IMG/VR virus record: IMGVR_UViG_3300042894_007649
Coordinates: 17,624-81,623 of that record
From: a virus
DNA: 64,000 bases
Strand: one strand, 5' to 3'
Shown: positions 58,543 to 64,000 of the stretch, piece by piece
Numbering within the stretch: the stretch's first letter is position 1
How the letters are laid out: each line of letters opens with the position of its first letter
Made by a program: the position numbers and the translations under genes
The notes under the pieces: model-generated
What the model saw: only the letters and a program-made list of their open reading frames with translations
What the model was told of the DNA's origin: nothing
The model's database searches: none

Positions 58543-59199
58543 TTGCAACGCTACCACAGTCTTACTTATTTGATCGGAGTTTTTTTCCATATGATTTCAC
58601 TAACCGAATACGCTAAAATAAAAAATAAATATTGTATAGCTTATTTTGGTCATTCCAAAGAATATATTATTCAACTTCGTTTACTTAGGCCTCTAATGGA
58701 AAAAAATTTTCCTGATATAGAGATTTATCTTTCCAGCAAAGACGACATGACATATTTATTCAGAAATGAACCAAGAACATTATCTAAAACTGATTTATTG
58801 GAAAATAAAAAACAATTCGCTTATATTAATGAGATAAGTTACAATGGTAAAAATCATCCAATTGAAAAATTTATGGAAGATTCAGAAATAAAAATAGAAC
58901 CAATTGTCAGCGAGGTTTCTAATTTCGGTAAAGCCGTTTTATTTTCACAAGGATCTTATCCAAACAAAAAACTTTGTTATAACAAAATAAAATCAATCAT
59001 TAATTATGTTGAGTCAAGAAACTGTAAAGTCGATATTAATCAACCATTTGAAAATTATTCTTGGGTAATTGGAATAGAAAATGAACAAGTTTACGAAGCA
59101 GCCGCTTTAGGGAAAAAAATTACATTAATTCCAACTGGAATTGGTGAAAATTTATTTAAGATGATGTTTCCATGCACAGAAATATTAAATATAGATTAA
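58543..59199 (+). CDS. truncated/degenerate GT9-like protein (start probably ATG 58591)
   Basis: LRPLMEKNFPDIEIYL and WVIGIENEQVYEAAALGKKITLI resemble GT9 motifs. Confidence 0.45.
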   Translation: MQRYHSLTYLIGVFFHMISLTEYAKIKNKYCIAYFGHSKEYIIQLRLLRPLMEKNFPDIEIYLSSKDDMTYLFRNEPRTLSKTDLLENKKQFAYINEISYNGKNHPIEKFMEDSEIKIEPIVSEVSNFGKAVLFSQGSYPNKKLCYNKIKSIINYVESRNCKVDINQPFENYSWVIGIENEQVYEAAALGKKITLIPTGIGENLFKMMFPCTEILNID

Positions 59200-59268
59200 C
59201 TAATGAAGTTATCGTGCATAAATATATAAGAGGTAGGGATCGTTCCTTATAAAACTCCAAGGAGAAAA

Positions 59269-59847
59269 ATGAGCGTATTCAGAGTAAAATTAAATAACAC
59301 ACAACAAGGTGTTTTGGATTTAAATCCTGCGACTACAGCAGTATTCGCAACATCCATTCAGCGCACTGTATATGTTACAGGCCCCAAGAAAATATATCGA
59401 AAATTGACTGATGGTGAAACATTTACTGATTGCAATTATTGGAAAAAATTTGCTTACCCTCAAGCTTCCTATGATCAAGCATTCATTGAAGTTGTTACAG
59501 ATGATGGATCGATTTATAGTGAAATTGAAGAAGAAAATAATTACCCAAGTGTTTACACTATATCTGTAAATGATGGAACTGCTTTTGCAGCTAACGAAGC
59601 TGATATAATTGGCGATTATGGCTCACCTGCTAACTTTGTTCAGATTAATTCAACAGATGCTAGCGGTGGCGACATTCGTGTAAAGCTTAATGGTTTAGCT
59701 GGAGCTATATTTGATCTCAAGGCTGGAGACACTCAAGTTTTCAATTACGGCGACCTTGCAGTAACCAAATTGAATTTTGACAACGACAGTGGCAACGATC
59801 AAAGTGTTCAAATTATTGTTTCCATTAAATCTACCTGCCAAAGCTAA
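59269..59847 (+). CDS. monocistronic late protein, probable virion component
   Basis: CATAAATA at 59217, strong AAGGAG SD, own terminator; beta-rich C-terminus. Confidence 0.65.
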   Translation: MSVFRVKLNNTQQGVLDLNPATTAVFATSIQRTVYVTGPKKIYRKLTDGETFTDCNYWKKFAYPQASYDQAFIEVVTDDGSIYSEIEEENNYPSVYTISVNDGTAFAANEADIIGDYGSPANFVQINSTDASGGDIRVKLNGLAGAIFDLKAGDTQVFNYGDLAVTKLNFDNDSGNDQSVQIIVSIKSTCQS

Positions 59848-59868
59848 TCATTTTATAAATTAAAAAAA

Positions 59869-59897
59869 TAAACCCAGTTAGTCTCTGACTGGGTTTA
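59869..59897 (+). terminator. intrinsic terminator-like hairpin
   Basis: TAAACCCAGTTA-GTCTC-TGACTGGGTTTA. Confidence 0.7.
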
Positions 59898-59910
59898 ACT
59901 ATTTTAATTT

Positions 59911-60873
59911 ATGATAATTGGTAATATGTCTTTGAAAAAATTTGCTGAACAGCGAAATAACATTTTATTTATTTCAGACTGGGGAGGCCTTGGCGATGTA
60001 ATTATTCACAGAATGCTTTTTCACGATGTGAAAAAAATTATTCAAGACGCCAAAATACATTTTTGCTGTTTACCTCAATATGCAGATGTCGTTGCAGATC
60101 ACCCTTATATTGATCGTATTTTAAGTCCATCGGAAGTTAAAAAAGAAGACTACATAGTTTTTTACCAAACCGATGTAAAAATAGCCAATAAATACGAAAC
60201 AAATAAAGGATCAGAATGCACTAGAAATCGTGCTGAAGTATGGTCACTCTATTGTGGATTTGAAATTGAAGATCACGAATTGCACTTCAATCTTAATGAT
60301 AAAATAAAAGAACAATATAAAGAAAAAATTGAAAAATTCAGAATAAAAAAAGACCGCCCAATTATTATTTTTTCACCAAAATCAGCAATTAGTACAAAAT
60401 CTCTTTTGCCAAAACACATAGAAAAAATTGCAAAGTATTTAGAAGATTATAATGTAATTGTTTTAGAGAAAAATCAAAATGATGAAATGAAAAATTTAGG
60501 AATTCAAACAATTTGCAATACGACCTTATTTGATTGGATTTATTATACATCTGTATCTGATTATGTCATATCAGTTGACACTTCGACATTTCATTTGGCT
60601 GGTGGATTAAAGAAACCATTACTTGGAATATTTACGTTTGCAAATGGTAAAACATATGGTAAGTATTATGACTTTGTTTTGGTTCAAAAACATAAAGACA
60701 ATGGTGATTGGGATTGTGGACCATGTTATAATTTTAAGTTATGCCCAAAAACAAACAAAGAATTAAAGCCATGTTTGACGGAATTGAGTTTTAACTCAAT
60801 AGAAACTGGTATCAGAGAAATGTTCAATAAATGGCCATGGAATAATAAGATTAGTTTAGGTGTTATTGATTAA
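59911..60873 (+). CDS. glycosyltransferase family 9 (heptosyltransferase-like)
   Basis: GGLGDVII, HPYID, VISVDTSTFHLAGGLKKP, CGPC...C...C. Confidence 0.88.
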   Translation: MIIGNMSLKKFAEQRNNILFISDWGGLGDVIIHRMLFHDVKKIIQDAKIHFCCLPQYADVVADHPYIDRILSPSEVKKEDYIVFYQTDVKIANKYETNKGSECTRNRAEVWSLYCGFEIEDHELHFNLNDKIKEQYKEKIEKFRIKKDRPIIIFSPKSAISTKSLLPKHIEKIAKYLEDYNVIVLEKNQNDEMKNLGIQTICNTTLFDWIYYTSVSDYVISVDTSTFHLAGGLKKPLLGIFTFANGKTYGKYYDFVLVQKHKDNGDWDCGPCYNFKLCPKTNKELKPCLTELSFNSIETGIREMFNKWPWNNKISLGVID

Positions 60874-60928
60874 TTTTTATATTTATAAAACTAACTATAA
60901 TGTTGATAAAGGTATGTTTGGAGGAAAC

Positions 60929-61177
60929 TTGGCTAACTTATTGAAGCCAAATAGTGTTAAGGTTATTGCTGATGATGGTGAGTTGCACATCACAATAGCA
61001 CTTGAATTAAACATTAATTTGAATAGCGAAAATTTAAAAACATCAGATGCTTTATTTGTTTCTAATGAATCATCTATTGTTAAAAAATCTAATGTAGAAA
61101 CAAAAGAAAACAGTCCCAATTGGGAGATTCCTGATTTTGGTCCTACACCTAAATTTGAATTTGGAAAGAAATCATAA
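60929..61177 (+). CDS. small protein upstream of the actin-like gene (start TTG 60929)
   Basis: GGAGG SD; short beta segment, linker and aromatic tail WEIPDFGPTPKFEFGKKS. Confidence 0.6.
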   Translation: MANLLKPNSVKVIADDGELHITIALELNINLNSENLKTSDALFVSNESSIVKKSNVETKENSPNWEIPDFGPTPKFEFGKKS

Positions 61178-61188
61178 GGAGTAATCAA

Positions 61189-62196
61189 ATGGCTTGTTCA
61201 ATGGACGTTGGAACTTACAATCTTGTTTTTTGTCGTAGAAATGAAGAAGGAAACTTTACTTATAATCGTCAAGTAAATGCTTTTCTTGAAATGCCTTTGG
61301 AAAACAGGTTTGTTTTTGACATGATGAAACAAGCTGGAGTTCCACTGATTGAACTTGAAAAAAGAGCATACGCACTTGGTGAAGCAGCAGTTGAAATGAC
61401 TTATACAATGAGCGCATTGGAACTCAAACGCCCAATGACTCACGGATGTGTTAATCCAAAAGAAAAAGATGCTTTTCAAATCATGAGCATCATGATGCAC
61501 AACTTGATTGAAGGTGTTAAAAAAGACGGCGAAATATTGTATTATTGTGTTCCAGCTAATGCCGTTAATCAAGACACCGATGCTGATTATCATCAGAGAA
61601 TTCTACAAGCAATTTTCAATGCTTATAAAAATGAAACAGGATATAGAGTAGATGCTCATCCAATTAACGAAGCCTTAGCATTGGTTTATGCAGAACTTGG
61701 TAAGAAGGCATTCACGGGTATTGCCGCAAGTTTTGGAGCAGGAATGATAAATGTTTGCTATGCAATGTACGGCAGTCCTGTCTTTAGCTTCGCAATTGTT
61801 AACTCAGGAGACTGGATTGATCGTCAGGCAGCTAAAGCTACTGGCGAAAGCATTTCATTTATCAATAAAGAAAAAACTAAAATAGATTTATCTAAATCTC
61901 CTAATAATCTTATTGAAAGAGCAATTCATACTCAGTATAGGCTTATGATTGAGCATACTGTTAATGGACTTAAAAAAGGATTCTCAGACATCAATAAATC
62001 TGTCAGGACTGATGGTGAAATTGATGTGGTAATCGCTGGTGGAACCAGTTCTCCTAATGGATTTACAGAAATATTTAAGGAAACCCTTGGCGGGGTTGAA
62101 TTGCCAATAAAAATTGGCAATGTCATCAAGCCTGCTGACCCATTGTACTCGGTTAGCAGAGGATGCTTGATAGCCGCAGAATCCTCATCGAAGTGA
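61189..62196 (+). CDS. actin-like ATPase (MreB/MamK/ParM superfamily)
   Basis: Phosphate-1 MDVGTYN, RPM..G, VPA, connect INEALA, phosphate-2 SFGAGMIN, GDWID, adenosine IAGGTS. Confidence 0.85.
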   Translation: MACSMDVGTYNLVFCRRNEEGNFTYNRQVNAFLEMPLENRFVFDMMKQAGVPLIELEKRAYALGEAAVEMTYTMSALELKRPMTHGCVNPKEKDAFQIMSIMMHNLIEGVKKDGEILYYCVPANAVNQDTDADYHQRILQAIFNAYKNETGYRVDAHPINEALALVYAELGKKAFTGIAASFGAGMINVCYAMYGSPVFSFAIVNSGDWIDRQAAKATGESISFINKEKTKIDLSKSPNNLIERAIHTQYRLMIEHTVNGLKKGFSDINKSVRTDGEIDVVIAGGTSSPNGFTEIFKETLGGVELPIKIGNVIKPADPLYSVSRGCLIAAESSSK

Positions 62197-62211
62197 AAAG
62201 AAAGGCAAAGA

Positions 62212-62670
62212 ATGAAATATAATCAGAGGAGCGTCAGCGACTTAGGTGCTGCCGCTTACCTTCTAATGCATGATTTGAAGGTTGTTGGAAGAAAAGGCAG
62301 GGACATTTTTTTTGTCGTTGACCCAAAACATGCAGTTGAACATTTTGATCAACTTACACTTGATTATCTATCAAGTGAATTCCATCGATTCGATGCTTGT
62401 ATCATGAGCTTAAAGAAAATTGGCGAATACAATTTCAATCCACAAAATTATCGTTTTGTAACTGATCTTGGCGCTGCCGCTTATATTCTTATGCACAAAT
62501 ATAAAGTTGTTGGCAAACGTGGTAAAGCAATTTACTTTGAAGTCGATGATGTGGTTGCAGACAAATTTGACGAAATAGCATTAGAATACATTTCAAGTGA
62601 TTTTCATCGCTTTGATTCTTGTTTAATGTCATTGAAAAAAATTGGCGAGTATATTAGCGAACAATCTTGA
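62212..62670 (+). CDS. tandem two-domain protein (DUF5659-like)
   Basis: Two about 75-aa copies of V(S/T)DLGAAAY.LMH..KVVG..G..I.F...YxSS.FHRFD.C.MSLKKIGEY. Confidence 0.7.
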   Translation: MKYNQRSVSDLGAAAYLLMHDLKVVGRKGRDIFFVVDPKHAVEHFDQLTLDYLSSEFHRFDACIMSLKKIGEYNFNPQNYRFVTDLGAAAYILMHKYKVVGKRGKAIYFEVDDVVADKFDEIALEYISSDFHRFDSCLMSLKKIGEYISEQS

Positions 62671-62704
62671 AAAAATTAATATATAATTATAAGGAGCTAA
62701 TTAT

Positions 62705-64000
62705 ATGTTGACCTTTGATGAATTTCGTGGCATTTATAAAGAAGATGCCACGATTGGACCAGATATTTCAAAAATTATTGACCAAATGGTTGATGATTGG
62801 GCTGGTGAATTAAAAAGAGAAATAATCACAGGCGCAAAACCAGCCAAAAGAGGCATGTGGGACCGATTCAAGAATCTTCTTTCTAATGTTTGGTATGGTA
62901 GACATAATCCAGACAATCCATACCAATGGATAAATAAATATGGTGATGTTTTAGGACAAAGTGTTCCTAAAACAGAAGGAATAAGAGAAGAAACATTACA
63001 ACTTTCACTCAATGATTATAAAAATTTGCGTGAAGTCTGTGAAAATCTTGAAAACCAAATCAATGAAGAAAATCTCCCAGAAGGAACTCCAAATCTCAGA
63101 ATTATTCAAATAATTGATAGTCACGCAAATATTCTCAAGCAAAAATTAAAAGATATATTTGCTAAAGAACCAGATAAAAAATATGAAATGCCAAAAATTA
63201 GCTACTCGCTCACCCCAGAAGAAGAAAAAATTGTCCGTCCTAAAAATATAAAACCAATTATCATTGACAACGAAAAAGAAAAAGAAAAAGAAAAAGAAAA
63301 AGAAAAAGAAAAACCGCCAAGCACAAAGGCAAATCCTAAGGTAAATCCTGCTGATTTAGAACCCAAATTTGACTACGCAAAGCCACCAACTAAAGAAAAA
63401 CAATGGCATGAATTAACAACTCAAGAAAAAGATGCATGGAACATCTATGGCGGCGGAGTTTCAGAAAGAAGTGCAAGAATTGGATCTCTTGCTGCACAAC
63501 ATGGCGTTGATTATCCAATGATTTTAAGATTGGGTGATCCAAGAATAGAAATGCTAAAAAGAATTTTACCAACACAAAAAAATAAAAATAAATCTGTTTA
63601 TGATCATTTAAAAGATCATTTAAGAATTGAATTAGAAAACGATCCAATTTTATCAAGAAGAGAACTTGAAAAAAGAGTTGATGCACTGAAAAAACAAAGA
63701 CAAAGGGAGCCTTTAAGTACTGGTAATTTCCCTGTATTTAGCAATAAACTTAAATATATAAACAGATTTAGACAGCCTATGGAGCCAAAAGATTCTAAAG
63801 AATCTGACTCTAAAGAATCTGACTCTAAAAATACAAGTCCAGAAATAAGAACAAGAAGTTCATTTAGGCCAACAGAAGAGCCATCAAAGAAGGCGCAAGA
63901 AGAGCCATCAAAGAAGGCGCAAGAAGAGCCATCAAAGAAGGCGCAAGAAGAGCCATCAAAGAAGGCGCAAGAAGAGCCATCAAAGAAGGCGCAAGAAGAA
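62705..64000 (+). CDS. large protein with leader, truncated by the window end (not in ORF track)
   Basis: AAGGAG SD; MLTFDEFRGIYKE...; open frame to the window end with (EK)7 and EEPSKKAQ repeats. Confidence 0.8.
   Translation, partial: MLTFDEFRGIYKEDATIGPDISKIIDQMVDDWAGELKREIITGAKPAKRGMWDRFKNLLSNVWYGRHNPDNPYQWINKYGDVLGQSVPKTEGIREETLQLSLNDYKNLREVCENLENQINEENLPEGTPNLRIIQIIDSHANILKQKLKDIFAKEPDKKYEMPKISYSLTPEEEKIVRPKNIKPIIIDNEKEKEKEKEKEKEKPPSTKANPKVNPADLEPKFDYAKPPTKEKQWHELTTQEKDAWNIYGGGVSERSARIGSLAAQHGVDYPMILRLGDPRIEMLKRILPTQKNKNKSVYDHLKDHLRIELENDPILSRRELEKRVDALKKQRQREPLSTGNFPVFSNKLKYINRFRQPMEPKDSKESDSKESDSKNTSPEIRTRSSFRPTEEPSKKAQEEPSKKAQEEPSKKAQEEPSKKAQEEPSKKAQEE
63272..63313 (+). repeat. (GAAAAA)7 coding repeat
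   Basis: Directly visible. Confidence 0.9.
63875..64000 (+). repeat. 24-bp perfect tandem repeat GAAGAGCCATCAAAGAAGGCGCAA, at least 5 copies
   Basis: Directly visible; encodes EEPSKKAQ. Confidence 0.95.

Noticed and set aside
54530-64000. Tandem repeats as possible CRISPR arrays
   Set aside because: Units are multiples of 3, in frame within genes, and lack unique spacers; no cas genes seen
1-64000. Stop-codon reassignment
   Set aside because: Conserved genes are full length in code 11 with dense packing; TAA, TGA and TAG all end genes
1-64000. tRNA, rRNA or riboswitch genes (including a SAM riboswitch before metK)
   Set aside because: No cloverleaf or recognisable aptamer in the short intergenic gaps by eye; tRNAscan-SE and Infernal would be needed to exclude them fully

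Overview
This window is a 64-kb segment of an AT-rich jumbo (huge) myovirus genome with T4-like gene logic, read in the standard bacterial code. The right half (26.5-57 kb) is a co-directional tail/baseplate module. It contains a gp2-like end protector, a 3091-aa tape measure protein, tube-like hub, gp53-, gp27-, gp5/VgrG-, gp25-, gp6- and gp7-like proteins, and three paralogous PKD fibre proteins. It is followed by glycosyltransferase-fold genes and an actin-like ATPase operon. The left half is an accessory region with frequent strand switches: MetK, SpeD, ClpP, a C39 peptidase, zincins, a CCA-like nucleotidyltransferase, a HAD RNA-repair phosphatase and glycosyltransferases. The most striking pattern is a shared leader on about a dozen unrelated proteins, M-x-F-K-[QE]-[WF]-L...[LIM]-x-E, resembling the T4 capsid-targeting sequence. 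Several of these genes sit 4-6 nt behind a T4-late-like TAAATA box with no Shine-Dalgarno. Carriers include four ADP-ribosyltransferase-like proteins (one fused to a Nudix hydrolase), a zincin, a PNK-like kinase and a degenerate CCA enzyme. This suggests a modular, shuffled set of head-packaged effectors injected with the DNA. The ART-Nudix start codon lies in a perfect 16-bp hairpin whose loop holds the late promoter. All family assignments come from motifs recognised by eye, not from database searches.
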